From the NCBI GenBank assembly GCA_963693365.1, contig CAVNZM010000003.1, forward strand, positions 11,939,651-12,003,650: a stretch of 64,000 nucleotides of DNA, in the 5' to 3' direction. Within the stretch, counting starts at the first letter, position 1, and each line of letters starts with the position of its first letter. The position numbers were made by a program, and so were the translations under genes. The DNA is from Amoebidium appalachense. Taxonomy: Eukaryota; Protista; Ichthyosporea. Of this stretch, positions 39,029 through 64,000 are shown piece after piece. The notes under the pieces are model-generated. The model did no database searches and was not told the DNA's origin. It was given only the letters and a program-made list of their open reading frames with translations.

Positions 39029-39737
39029 TGTTATTTTGTGTGGGTAAACGGAGAAGCAGAGAGCACAGATGGGTGTTATGTAAAACACAACACAAAGACA
39101 CACGGGAAAAACACAACCGGAGAGGAGGAACGATTTCTGGAACCATAGGAAGTGAATACGACTGCTTATGATTTATTTCAAGATGAGGTCCCTTTTATAC
39201 TTGGGAATGTGAAACGATAAACCAATCAAAAGAATGAAAACTATGAGTGTAAAATATATCGAATAAAATGTCTGTCGACATTTAGAATATAAAACTCAAT
39301 CCTCCAATGAAAGAAACTTCTAATAAAAGCACGGAAACATTTAATAAAATGAAACCACTTATGTAACTATTAATTCATAACATATATTTATACATGTTCT
39401 TATCATAACACGTCTAAATATAATTATTCCTAATAGTTGAAGAACATAGCACAATGCTACGTCGTGGGAAAGAAATGAGAAAGGAATGTAAGTTACTATA
39501 TTTGGGAAAATACAAACGAGATATGATTGGATGACATATATAGATTTTGACGCAAACGACAATACGTGTGCGCGAGCTAAGTATGTCGATACGTACACAG
39601 ATCTAAGATGTCGTGTACACGGAAACGGAAAAGAAAGAAAGAAATGAAGAAAGGAAAAAGGAAACAAACTACAACAACTAATAAATAAATACCAAACTCA
39701 ACTTCTAAGTCTTGCTGAGAATTAAGTGAAGATGACA
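39029..39737 (-). repeat. Copia 5' LTR
   Basis: Direct repeat of 33343-34051; followed on the minus strand by GGTTTACGGCCCC at the PBS position. Confidence 0.95.
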
Positions 39738-39913
39738 GATAGACCACATAATACCGCAACACACACACGTCACATTCACAACAGACACCCAGAAAGATAG
39801 CCTACCTGTAAATTACAACATCCTTGATTTTATACTAAACACGCGTAACTACGACCTGTTTATTAGATGTATTGATTGGCTTGAGAAACACATCACTACA
39901 AAATTATAGCGCA

Positions 39914-39988
<75 letters not shown>

Positions 39989-40020
39989 CCAGCTGATACC
40001 GAGTGTCCCGAGGGGAGCCC

Positions 40021-40053
<33 letters not shown>

Positions 40054-40899
40054 GGGGAACCCTAACTAATTGATTTCTCCTTGTAGTCTTTATGGTGTCT
40101 CGTAGAGAAAGTAAACCCTGATATATAGTCACCACCCGACATCTATGTACGTGATCATGATATACCGCTGAGGGGATATTCCGAGCAAACCCCCCCCCCC
40201 CATACCTGAGACTGGTTCTCTTTGCCTCGAGTAAACAGCGTAAACCCCCCAACCACCTTTGTATCATTTAGATATCTTTTTTACCAGTGGAATTCGTATG
40301 GGTAGACTGGCGTATCATAATGTTACGTAGCCCTTGTTGCTTCACAGTTTAGGGCCAAAAGGTGAGGCGGCCCGAAACACGTTTACAGGTGTAGGCCTTT
40401 TGTCACTTGTGAACCCAGCGGAATTACGTTTCTATGTTTCCATGTTTTGCCTCGCGGGTATTTTTGTCACACCCTTTTACTCTCTTCCTCTGTACTCATT
40501 TTCACGCTTGGTAGAGAAGTTGCACTAAGTCGCACGCATGGAATTTCGTTGGCAGCCAGTAAAGCTCTGTCTAGAAAACCGTTTGGCCGGGCGGTGTATA
40601 GGTGCGTGCAGGGCTACAGCCACTTGTTGTAACGGTGAGTGCTTTTTTTTTTTCCGCACATCATTTTAAGTGTGCCTCTCTCTCTTCTACCCCCATCTTC
40701 CCATCCCCCCCCCCCCCCCCCCCCCTCCCCCTTCTCTATCTTTTCCCGTGACCCTCTTTTCTCTTTTCTTGCCCCTTCTCCATCTCCGCGCCGTTCGCGT
40801 GCTCCCTTACATACAGATCCACTCTGTATTCGCTATGTACTTGGATCGCTCGAATGGAACAAAAGTCGCATGATGGATCAGCCATTTGGACAGCGCGCG

Positions 40900-40972
40900 T
40901 ACCTTTTGGCCTAGCGGTTAGAGCTCCCAGCTCGCAGCCGCGAGGATTGAGGTTCGAGTCCCCAACCCACCA
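40900..40972 (+). pseudogene. tRNA-derived sequence (tRNA pseudogene or SINE head)
   Basis: A box TGGCCTAGCGG and B box GGTTCGAGTCC at tRNA spacing, ending CCA; acceptor and anticodon stems do not pair. Confidence 0.55.
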
Positions 40973-41176
40973 TGCCAAATTTTGTGTCCCCGAGACGCAT
41001 CAAAGTTTACAGCATCCCCCTCCTCCTCCCCCTCCATTTTGTTTTAGTCCTATGTCTTTATGCCCCCTTGTTCCTTGCAATACTTTTCTTTCTTCGAAAC
41101 ATCCCTCACTCCCCTCACCCCCTTCCCCCCCAAACCCATCACCACGGACGCTGCCAGTGTAACCACACCCCACCCC

Positions 41177-41493
<317 letters not shown>

Positions 41494-41814
41494 CCACCCA
41501 CCCATGCATACATGCACACACACAAACTTCCCCTTCTTCCTCTCAACTCTCTACCCTCTTTTACGTTTCACTGTGTGTTTCCTCTCTCGTTCTAGCACCA
41601 GTTTTGCTAACCGTTACAAACTTCACCTATTCTTGTTCAAGCCTCGACTGGTTGCTGAAATCACCTCCTTTCCTTGTCCTTTTATGACCCCCCCACCCCT
41701 CCTCTCCCCTCCCTCTCCCCCCCCCTCCCCCCCCCCCCCTCCCTTCCCGGCTGAAGCCTTAGTCTCTACTGAATAATCTCTGTCCTTGTGACCCACCCTC
41801 TCGTCCTTCACTCC

Positions 41815-42211
41815 CTTTACTTCCATGCAACCGGGCATGGTTGCTCTGTGTCGTGCATCTGTAAGCACATACGCGTTTTTCGCTGCACTGCATTAGTTTG
41901 CACACACATCTTCACCGTTCTGCTCACCTTGCTTGCATAAGCAACCCTGCTCGTCTTTGATCAAGACGGGTTGACCCACCCAAGTTCAGTTGATGCTGCT
42001 GTTTGAGTTGGAGCGTCGTATATACGCGGGCTAAGGGGTCGAAACTCAGACGCAATTGATGACTTGGGCCCTCCCTGAGGATGGGCTCTGCTTATGACGC
42101 ATACTGTGCGCATGGCTGATGTTGCATACTTGAATGTTTGCCTTTGCATGTGTCCTGCACCATGCTTCTCATCGTGTATGCGTACTTTGTACTGTGTTCC
42201 GCATTCAAACC

Positions 42212-42212
<1 letters not shown>
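41815..42212 (+). mobile_element. (C)n-associated structured element, subfamily 1, copy C (5'-truncated single unit)
   Basis: Near-identical to 17588-17982; ends CATTCAAACC followed by a C run. Confidence 0.85.
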
Positions 42213-42242
<30 letters not shown>

Positions 42243-42629
42243 TTCTTCCTGCCCGGTTCCCCCATACCTGTTCGCCTCGATTACTTGCAGTATTTCTTCT
42301 TATCCCTCCCCGTTAACTATCAATTTTTTTCCCTCTTCTCCCATTGATCCTGTTTTGGTCCTGTGTCCCTCTATTCCAATGTCCTTTGCGATGCTTTGCT
42401 TCTTTGGCTGCCACCCTCGAATGCACACATCATCACCCCCCCCCCCCCCCCCCCCCCCCCCTTCCCTCTCGTTCCAGCGCCGGTTTTACCCATTATGGAC
42501 TTAACCTGCTTTTGCTCAAGCCTCCACATGTCTGAAAATTTACCCCTTTCTCTCGTACTCTTTACCACCCCCCCCCCCCCCCCCCCCCCCTCTTGTCCTC
42601 TTACTACCCCTTTCCCCCCAAAAAAGCAC

Positions 42630-42641
42630 ACACGCACACAG

Positions 42642-42678
<37 letters not shown>

Positions 42679-42803
42679 ACACACACAGCATTCGACACCG
42701 TCCAATCTTGTTCTCACCAAGGCATCCACATGCTCGCACACAGTGCAAAAACATGCGCTCACACACACGCACGCACATGCACACCGGGACACACACACAC
42801 ACC

Positions 42804-42863
<60 letters not shown>

Positions 42864-43091
42864 ACACACACACGACGTACACAGACATGCTCACACACAC
42901 AAACACACAACACACACACACACACATACAGAGAGACACACACACATATGCACACACACGGTGCATTTCCTCCCCTCCCCTTCCCTCTCCACAGAGCACA
43001 CACACACACACACGTGCACACATGCACACACACGGTGCATCCCCCCCCCCCCCCCTCCCTCTCAACTGAGCACATACACACACACATACAT

Positions 43092-43142
<51 letters not shown>

Positions 43143-43794
43143 CACACATGCACACATGCACGGACACAAATCCCCCCCTTGCCCTTCCCTCTCCACCGAG
43201 CACATGCACACATGCACAGACATGCACATACACACACACACCACACACGACGCACACAGACATGCACACACAGACAAACACACAACACACATACACACAT
43301 ACACACACACACACACATACACACACACACACACACACATGCACACACACGGTGCATTTCCCCCCTCCCCTTCCCTCTCCACAGAGCACACACACACACA
43401 CGTGCACACATGCACACACACGGTGCATCCCCCCTCTCCCCCCCTTCCCTTTCAACTGAGCACATACACACACACAGACATACACACACACACAACATAC
43501 ACAGACATCCACACATCAGACACAGACACGCATACACACACACACACACACATGCACATATGCACACACAGACACACACACATGCACATGCACACTCACA
43601 TATGCACACACACACACACACGCAAACACGCACACACACACACACATACAGATATGCACACACACACACTGTCTCTCTCTCTTTCTCTCCCTCCCTCCCT
43701 CCCTCCCTCCCCCCTCCCTCCCTCCCAACCATCCCTTCCTCCCTCCCTCCGTCCCTCCCTCCCTCCCTCCCTCCCTCCCTCCCTCCCTCCCTCC

Positions 43795-43848
<54 letters not shown>

Positions 43849-44100
43849 CACATGCACATGCACATGCACACTCACATATGCACTCACACACACACGCAAA
43901 CACACACACACACACACACACACATACAGACATGCACACTCTCTCTCTTTCTCTCTTTCTCTCCCTCCCTCCCTCCCTCCCTCCCCCCCCTCCCTCCCTC
44001 CCTCCCTCCCCTCCCTCCCTCCCAACCCTCCCTCCCTCCCTCCCTCACACATACACACACACACACACACGTACACAAGTACACACGTACACACGTACAC
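42630..44100. repeat. Compound CA/CCCT microsatellite region with internal block duplications
   Basis: CACACGGTGCATTTCC..CCCTTCCCTCTCCACAGAGCACA occurs at ~42955 and ~43345; the CA-to-(CCCT)n module is duplicated at ~43580 and ~43860. Confidence 0.75.
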
Positions 44101-44489
44101 ATATAACCCTCTCTTCTCTTATGTAGTATCGTAGTAACGCTAGACAAAGGTACTACACGGGTGTTGGTTGGATGATGACAGTACATGTACCAGTGGGATT
44201 GATGCTGTTTACTCCAGGCAATGTACCAGTGTGTCGATTGATTTAGCTAATATTAGATCTATGTTTAGCTGTGTGTTGTTTTTTCTCCTTTTTGTATTTA
44301 AGGCCTGGCCGGCCTCATAAAATCCTATCTAATCTTACTCGAAATTGAGCTTTTTTGGCCTTGAAGGCCGATCTTAATAAAGTACTGTGAATGTGTCCCC
44401 TGATGAGGGACTCTAGTCGATATATCTGCAAAACGACCCCCCCCCCCCCCCCCCCCCCCCCCCTTAAACACACACACACGCACACACAC

Positions 44490-44534
<45 letters not shown>

Positions 44535-44759
44535 AAAACAAACAAAAAAGAATGAAAAAAAGAGCGAGAGAAAGTTGTTTCTCGTATGTTACCAGCACGT
44601 AAGCAAGTATTTTATTCATTCACAATACATTGTTAGGTATGTGTAGTATATTATGGTGTTATTATTTTTTGGTTTACAATATGGTGTCCACGTTCCCAAT
44701 ATATCGTTATTGTCGACCAACTACTATGGTAGTATAATGCTATGATGACAATTTGTGCA

Positions 44760-45540
44760 TGCGTTACTTATAAGCATCGGGTTTTTTCACTAACTACCCA
44801 CAGAGTAGCTTCTAGCATGATAAATTCACCACAAATTATAAGGGGGATGGTGAATGTGCCCTTGGAGTACGAGGGTCACACGAAAAAAACACAACGTTGT
44901 AGCTCGTATTGAACCCCCCTTGTAGCATAGTATATGTCCATGTGTTACCTAGGCATTTTTGGTTTTTTCAATAACTACCCACAGAACAGCTTCTCGCACG
45001 AGAAATTTACCACAACGTTTATGGGGGGGATGGTAAATGTGCCCCTGGAGTACGAGGGCCACACGAAAAAAACACAACGTTGTAGCTCGAATAGAACCCC
45101 CCTTGTAGCATAGTATATGTACATGTGTTACTTACACATTATTGGTTTTTTCAATAACTACCCACAGAACAGCTTCTAGCACGAGAAATTTACCACAAAG
45201 TTTATGGGGGGATGGTGAATGTGCCCCTGGAGTACGAGGGTCACACGAAAAAACCACAACGTTGTAGCTCGTATAGAACCCCCCTTGTAGCATAGTATAT
45301 GTACATGTGTTACCTAGACATAATTGGTTTTTTCAATAACTACCCACAGAACAGCTTCTAGCACGAGAAATTTACCACAACGTTTATGGGGAGGATGGTG
45401 AATGTGCCCCTGGAGTACGAGGGTCACACGAAAAAAACACAACATTGTAGCCCGGATTGAAACCTCCCTGTACCATATACATCATATATCATGCAGCATG
45501 TGTTACTTTCGCGTTATTGGTTTCCTAGCACGAGATATTC
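44760..45540. repeat. Tandem repeat, ~181-183 bp unit, about 4.3 copies
   Basis: TAACTACCCACAGA at ~44791, 44972, 45155 and 45337; GGAGTACGAGGG.CACACGAAAAAA in every unit. Confidence 0.9.
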
Positions 45541-45887
45541 AGCACACAGTTGGGGTTGTGGGGGCAGTGTACACCTACAATATCAGGGGTACCGCGCGGC
45601 AAAACACCCCCCCCCCCCCACCCCCCCCCCCCCCCCCCCCGTCACGCGTGCGATGGTGCACTAATTATTACGTCAACTAGGCAGGGTATAGCATCAACGT
45701 TATTATATGTGCTGCTGAGTTTCTTCGGTTGCACACCCGTCACCAGTCAATTTATTGGTGTTGGCGCCCACCTATGACACCACCTCGGAAGACTGGGGTC
45801 ACAAGTGATGCACACGGTGGGTAAATATCATCAAACTGTAGCTGCAAAAGAATGTGCAATTATGCATCACTGTCTGGTATTTGTCTA

Positions 45888-45924
<37 letters not shown>

Positions 45925-46589
45925 CCCCGTCCCCCCCCTCCCCCCCCCCCCCACCGGGCCCTCTCCCCTCCCCCTCCCCCCCCCCCCCCTCCCCCCCCCC
46001 CCCCCACCCCCCCCCCCCACCGGGCCCTCCCCCTCCCCCCCTCCCCCCCCCCCCCCCTCCCCCCCCCCCCCTCCCCCCCCCCCCCCCCCCCCCCCCCCAC
46101 CCACCCACCCCAGGCCTCTCCACACCACACACACACGCACCACACACACACACTGCTGCAGAGCTACATGGATGCCATCACCATCACACGTGACGATATT
46201 TAATTAGTATTGGTGATATTGTACCAATACGTAACGTATACTGGTAAGGTGGTGGTGGGTGGGTTGGGGGGGGGGGGGGGGGGGGGGGGGGTTCAACACA
46301 ACCGAAACTGTCGGTGTTACAAGTGGTTCGGTCTTAGGAAGTTAGAACGGTGATTTTTTAATTAATAGCGGGAAACAATATTATCCCCATTGCATATGGG
46401 GGGAACGAGGAGGGGGGAGGGGAGGGGGGTTTCACAACGAATTCTTAATCGACTGTGCATAATTAATGTATATTGCACATGTAGCCTGAAAGATTAAAGT
46501 GAATGTGTGTATGTATATGTGCAAGTATATTTGTGTATGCAATACATGTACAAGTATTAGGGATTGGTTCTTTGCGAGTTCAAAGAGTA

Positions 46590-46740
46590 CATAGAGGGGT
46601 CGCGGGTTCAGATCCCGTCGGGATCGTCTTTTTTCTCATCCTCTTCTCGCTGGGGTAAAAGCCAGCACACCTTTACTGGCGTCATCACAACCATCGGCAG
46701 TGGTTCACAACCATCGGCAGTGGTTAGGTTGTGATCTCAA
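46590..46740 (+). other. tRNA 3'-half / SINE-like remnant with a 21-bp tandem duplication
   Basis: GGGTTCAGATCCC (B-box/T-arm-like) followed by a T run; TCACAACCATCGGCAGTGGT occurs twice at ~46685-46726. Confidence 0.3.
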
Positions 46741-47010
46741 GGCTAGCAAGATCGCTAGTCTCTGCACCAGGACAAAATCCAAAAGTTAATGTGTGTTTGT
46801 GTGTTAAGTTTTTTGGGGGCTTCAGGGTGCGGGAGGGTGTGGGAGGTTGCGTGAAGAGAGTTATGTTGGGGTTGTGAGGGGGGTTCGACACGCATATTAC
46901 TAGTCATATCCTTCGTCATCATGCCATTGGATGGGGGAGCTGGAGTTGGGGGTGGAGGCTCTAGAGGGGTGTGTGCGTGTGATTGTGTGTGAAGGGGGAG
47001 GGTCAGGGGG

Positions 47011-47049
<39 letters not shown>

Positions 47050-47474
47050 ACCACCTGCCACCCCGTTGCCTTGGGCTCTTCCGACGCATAATTCACTTGT
47101 TGGCTGGCATGTGTTGTTGGTGCCTGCATCAGGGAAAATGGTCAATACATCTTATCAGGGCGGTCAATACATCTATTGTAAGTGACACCTAAGACATTGC
47201 CGAGTCTCCATGTATGGACAAAGTGATATGCCCAAGCCTAAGTGATATGGCATGGTGCAATAAACACTGTAAACATCATCAAGTCTGATCATTTTTCGAA
47301 ACAATTTACCTTACAATCCTACTTACCGTAGTTACTGAACCAACATTATAATCAACATTAAATTCTGGTGTCAGGCTATTTGGTAGTGAGTGTGCGCGTA
47401 CGTTGTTTTTCTTTTTCTTCCTGCAGTTATATTCCTTTTGGTTGCTTTTTTGGTTGGTTGGTTGTTTTTTTTGT

Positions 47475-47518
<44 letters not shown>

Positions 47519-47679
47519 TATCCGTTATAAAATGACCGTGTTAGATCACCTTATTAATGCTGCACAGTATGATATTGTGATACGGTGTCGTAACTTTCTC
47601 TCGGAGCTACCAATGCTAGCTTCTGCTTATCCATAATCTATACTAAGGTTGTTTTATTGCATACAGTGTACCTAAGTCA

Positions 47680-48318
47680 CTAGCTGCATTTAGGAATAGT
47701 GTGCTTTGAAATTCTTTCTTCTATCTCTGCTTTAAGCTTTTTTATAACTTCTGCGTGATCCTGTGACTCCTGTTTCAAGCGTGCGTTTTGAGCTGCGTAC
47801 TTACTGGCTTCTTTCTCTTTCAGTCTGTACTTTTTCATCAACTCCTCCTTCGAAAGCTCAAACAGCTGCCGATCTTCATCGGTCAAGTCTGTACGGGCAC
47901 GCGCAACTTTCTGGGGAGTATCTCCCTCTGTAGACTCGTCAAAAATCTGTCGTTTTGTCCCCCGCGTAATGCGTTGCTCACCTACATTCTGCCGTGCTGT
48001 CTCTAACTTTTTCTTTGCCCAGTATTCTTCTTCTTCGTTTTGAGAAAAAGGGAGGACGGTGGCTTTGTCTCTCAACCTATTAGTAACAGGGTCAAAGCAC
48101 TCTAGAGCAAAGTGACGCCTGCAAAGGCGGTGTTCACGCGTGCTTTCGATTATGTCTAGGTTTTTCTTGTTTATTTTGTCTATTCTGCCTATTTTCTCAA
48201 ACCACTGCTCTCGCAAAACCTGTCGTTTTGAGGAAGTAGCTTTATACTTGGGAATCCTTACTGAACCTTGCCCTACTTTTTGGTTGCACCAGTTTGCGGC
48301 GCAAGAGCAGCCAGTCAT
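47680..48318 (-). CDS. THAP zinc-finger domain protein with C-terminal coiled coil (possibly transposon-derived)
   Basis: MTGCSCAANWC...IPK...REQWFEKIGR...HRLCRRHF...RLRDKATVLPF matches the THAP C2CH signature (C-x4-C, P, W, C-x2-HF, L..AVP-like). K/E-rich heptads follow. AT-rich and intronless over this span. Confidence 0.75.
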   Translation of the reverse strand: MTGCSCAANWCNQKVGQGSVRIPKYKATSSKRQVLREQWFEKIGRIDKINKKNLDIIESTREHRLCRRHFALECFDPVTNRLRDKATVLPFSQNEEEEYWAKKKLETARQNVGEQRITRGTKRQIFDESTEGDTPQKVARARTDLTDEDRQLFELSKEELMKKYRLKEKEASKYAAQNARLKQESQDHAEVIKKLKAEIEERISKHTIPKCS

Positions 48319-48837
48319 TGGTACATACTGTGCCACAAACTACTTCTACTAAACGTGTTTAGCTCTGCAAAATAAATAACTATCAATTATATAGAGGGGT
48401 AAGTGCCTAAAAAGTGTAGGAAAACCTGAAAAAACCGAGCGAGGTTTTCACGTTTTTCTTGTCGGTTGGTGACCGTAAGTGGTCTGATCGATTGGTTGGT
48501 CCCATTTTCGCGCCACCCGGCCCTCATATGATTGGAGAAAGTGGTCTATTGGCTGCGCTGGAAAACGCAGTAGGCGGTCAAGTGAGGCTGGGCCCCTGAT
48601 GATGTCCGCAGCAATACAAAGTGCATAAACCCCCATTATAAAGGTCGACCGATCGGTGATCGTTTAGAGTAGTTACTATATATGGTATTATGATCAGCTT
48701 GGCGATTCGTTCACCATAGGATGACGTCACCAGGACATGTCTTCAAAAGCTTCACCGCAGCGCTTGTCCAAGTCAGTTGCTGTCGACCGTCGAGTAAGCT
48801 TTGAGAAAGAAAGACGTTCAAACGAAAAGTAGGCAAC

Positions 48838-61076
<12,239 letters not shown>

Positions 61077-62235
61077 CGCCCATATATGGCAAAGTTCCAA
61101 CCTTCCAAAAAAGGAAGAAAGGAGACGTGTCACGTGTGCACGTCCAAACAAGGAAGCCAAAGAGGTGACCTGATTGGCTGTTCAGTGGGATTTATGGACA
61201 AAGCCATGGACAAAGATTGAGAGAGAGCATCGGCAAATACGGGGACTTAAGCAAATGTTTCCGATCTGGGCTCGGCAAGCCACTCTCAGGAATTCGGGAT
61301 TTGTTCATGTCTTTTGCCCGGTTGCAGCCCCGTTTTCGTTTCTCTGTTTCTTCTTCTTTTTTTTATTTTTTTATTTTTTTATTTTTTTTTTTTTTTTTTT
61401 TTTTTTTTTGGGAGGGGGGGGGGGGGGGGGGGGGGGGGGGTCCTTTTTTTCCTTCCTTTTTTTCTTTTTTTTTTTTCTTCTTTTTTTTTGTTTTTTTTGC
61501 TTGGTTGTTGTTATTTGGGGAAGGGGGGGGGGGGGGGGGGGGGGGGGGGGAGGGACATGTTAAATGTAGTAACAGGATAGCCTCTGTACCATGCAAAGTG
61601 ACAAGTGACCAAAAAGGAACAGAGGGAGAAAGGGAAAACTAGAACGAAAAATCGTAGTGTGGATGGCATGTATGCGTGGTGTTTCGTAAGGAACATTGAA
61701 ATGTGGGTTTTACTTGGTCGGGCACTCTAAGTGAAAGAAATGGAATCAAATGAATGAAACGAGATGTTATGATGCTTATGAATGGCTTCGATTTTTCGAA
61801 AAGACAATGTCATTCAGAGTATGGTGTCGTATTGGCCCACCCTCTTCAACTCAGTTAGTGAGCAACAACTTGTATTCTGCTCGCATTTTTTTGCCCCTCC
61901 TTTGTCTTTGTCTTGATTCGACTTCTTTGATAGTAAAAGTATCTGTCAGCCGGTACAGGAAGAGCTTTTTGGTTTTTTGAATATGCAACGAATATTTCGT
62001 AGTAATCCACCTTCTAGTATAGTGCACGAGGTTTGGATGGACCTGAAAAAAAATAAACTTCTTTGATCTCACTCATCATCTTTCGATAACAATTGATTTA
62101 TAATACTAGTCAGCGTAGGAAGAAAGGTGTGTGTGGGCATGTGGTTGCGGGTGATGGTGGTGGTGGTGTGTGTGTGCGTGTGTGTGTATGTGTGCGTGTG
62201 TGTGTATGTGTGTGTGTGTGTGTGTGTGTGCCTAT

Positions 62236-62269
<34 letters not shown>

Positions 62270-62531
62270 TTGAGGGGGGGGGGGGGGGGGGGGGGGGGAT
62301 ATGCTTATCTGCAATAACAAGGCTGAGTCATATATCTGAACGCATCAACACCCACTTAATCTAGATCTGTATGTGACAGCCTCATGTATCCACCAGAAAA
62401 CATTGAATATAAAAAAAAAATAATAGGAATAGAGGTGATGGCCGTAATTCATATTCAATAATGGTGGTCTAGCGACCACAGTCATCAGTGATATTATACT
62501 GTAACACCCTCCCCCTTGTCGTTCTATAGTT

Positions 62532-62657
62532 TCATTCTCACCAATACAATTACGTTTTACATAAACATGATTACGGTTTTGTGCCGGTCCATGTTTCATT
62601 CTCACCAATACAATTACGTTTTACATAAACATGATTACGGTTTTGTGCCGGTCCATG
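62532..62657. repeat. Local tandem duplication (~65 bp x2); similar short duplications at 4604-4708, 52515-52629 and 52810-53095
   Basis: TTCATTCTCACCAATACAATTACGTTTTACATAAACATGATTACGGTTTTGTGCCGGTCCATGT occurs twice. Confidence 0.85.
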
Positions 62658-62900
62658 TGCACCCACTTTGAATTCTTCGGTCGGGTGATCGATTTTGCTG
62701 TCTTGAGCTTTTTGCTAGACGTTAACTGTAGTGACTATTGACTGCAGTTTCTAGGCCTTTGCATGCATAAAATCCACTAGTACTATAGTGGAAGCAAAAG
62801 ACCCCCCCTCCCATTGCCTTCCTCCCTTCCCTCCACCGCCCCCTCCCCCCCCCCCCCCCCCCCCCCCTCCCCGCCCGCCCGCACCTTCCCCTTCCCCCCC

Positions 62901-62931
<31 letters not shown>

Positions 62932-64000
62932 GAAAGAAAAGAAAAATGGTAACGTTTTGCACACCCACAACCACACCCATGCACCCATGCACACTCACAC
63001 ACTCACACACACACAACACGGCACTCAAATTAATCTTACACTCACACCCGGTCACATACACTGGGCCACATGTACACGAAGAACAAACACACATCAAAAA
63101 AAGTTTGTGCAGAAATTATTGATATACACTTTAGGAAATGTTTCACATCGATACACGGAATAAAATGAGGGCAGAGCCACGGTGGGACCTATTTAGTGAT
63201 TGTTGCACACACAACCTTAGGGTACATCATTCACAAGTGCACCTTATCGGATACTACACTCTATGCAGGCTCACAAAAACACTCACACATGTGTGCATGA
63301 ATGCCTGCACACACAATGCATACGGTTTGCCATCGTGCACATACATATCCACCGTGGACACATGCCACACACACACGACACGTGCGCGCGTGCACACACA
63401 CACACTCAAACACCCACACCCACACCCACCCACCCACCCACCCACCCACCCACACACAGGGGCACACACACCGCCCCACACCCACTATTGGTTGAAGCCT
63501 CAAACCTTCAGTTGAAATCCGCTAATGCAGGAACTTCCCCTTTGAGTTTTGTAATGTGTCCGACCTAAGACACGTACTGCTAAATTTATTTGCGGCAATA
63601 TCAATATATAATATTCGATTTCATACACGAGTTGTTTGGTGCAAATTTCACCTACAATAAAAATTATTCTATTATTATGTACATGAGGGCCTCAGCAGGT
63701 TGTTACAGCAACCTTTGTGTGGGCACTCGTCATTCATTCTAATGTTTTAATATCACTTTCCCAATATTTCCGCGTAACGTTTAAAAATAGCTTAAAAGTA
63801 TAACACCAACCCAGCAAGAAGACAAAGCAATTTCGCTAATGTGATCTCACATGACATTCAAATCACATCAACCCACAAGTATATTTCTGTTCGATCATGA
63901 AACAATCCACTGCCACATATTCAATATTCGTTCTAAAACTTTAAAATGAAATCGATGGCACTTTTTTTTTTGAAAAAATATATAGAGAGTGTAACACCAT

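Larger units (their letters stand above)
33343..39737 (-). mobile_element. Full-length Ty1/copia LTR retrotransposon, recent insertion
   Basis: TG...CA LTRs at 33343-34051 and 39029-39737 (709 bp each, no difference noticed by eye). 5-bp TSD GATAG at 33338-33342 and 39738-39742. PPT GAGTGGGGA (minus) at 34052-34060. Confidence 0.96.
29480..40053 (+). mobile_element. Non-LTR retrotransposon (LINE; ORF1 plus APE-endonuclease/RT ORF2), interrupted by a copia insertion at 33343-39737
   Basis: ORF1 ends at 30311 and ORF2 starts at 30304. ORF2 resumes after the copia at 39738 (IDHIIPQHTH...NYNILDFILNTRNY...TKL*, stop 39907-39909), followed by a short 3' UTR and poly-A at 40025-40053. The 5' end is approximate and no TSD was identified. 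Confidence 0.88.

Noticed and set aside
40900-40972. Functional tRNA gene
   Set aside because: Acceptor and anticodon stems do not pair; kept only as a tRNA-derived relic.
44395-44430. CTGATGA hammerhead core (also at 48596-48602)
   Set aside because: Followed by GATA rather than GAAA at 44419, and no stem I/III partners found at either site.
44760-45540. CRISPR-like array
   Set aside because: Whole units repeat with no unique spacers, there are no cas genes, and the context is eukaryotic.

Overview
Eukaryotic, intron-rich genomic DNA saturated with (CA)n, (GA)n and poly-G/C tracts; most ORFs in the supplied track are low-complexity artefacts. The organism is not identified, though the gene set suggests a protist or unicellular holozoan (inference). 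Host genes reconstructed by hand: a probable SPT7/SUPT7L-like histone-fold gene (+, partial), TBL3/UTP13 (-), an intronless spastin (+), an HRG-1 heme-transporter gene that appears to carry two HRG-like domains (-), a THAP-domain ORF (-) and GPN2 (+, 10 exons, with a U12-type AT-AC intron and a probable U12-type AT-AG intron). A central transposon cluster holds a decayed Ty3/gypsy element and an APE-RT LINE split by a young full-length Ty1/copia element (709-bp LTRs, GATAG target duplication). The most unusual feature is a dispersed small element with at least 5 long copies in two subfamilies plus fragments. It always ends in a (C)n run, occurs as 450-bp head-to-tail units, and contains all three hammerhead-ribozyme core strands in a non-circularly-permuted order, with compensatory base changes between subfamilies. 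One copy retains what looks like the C-terminus of a Penelope-like RT ORF. All assignments come from reading the sequence; no searches were run.
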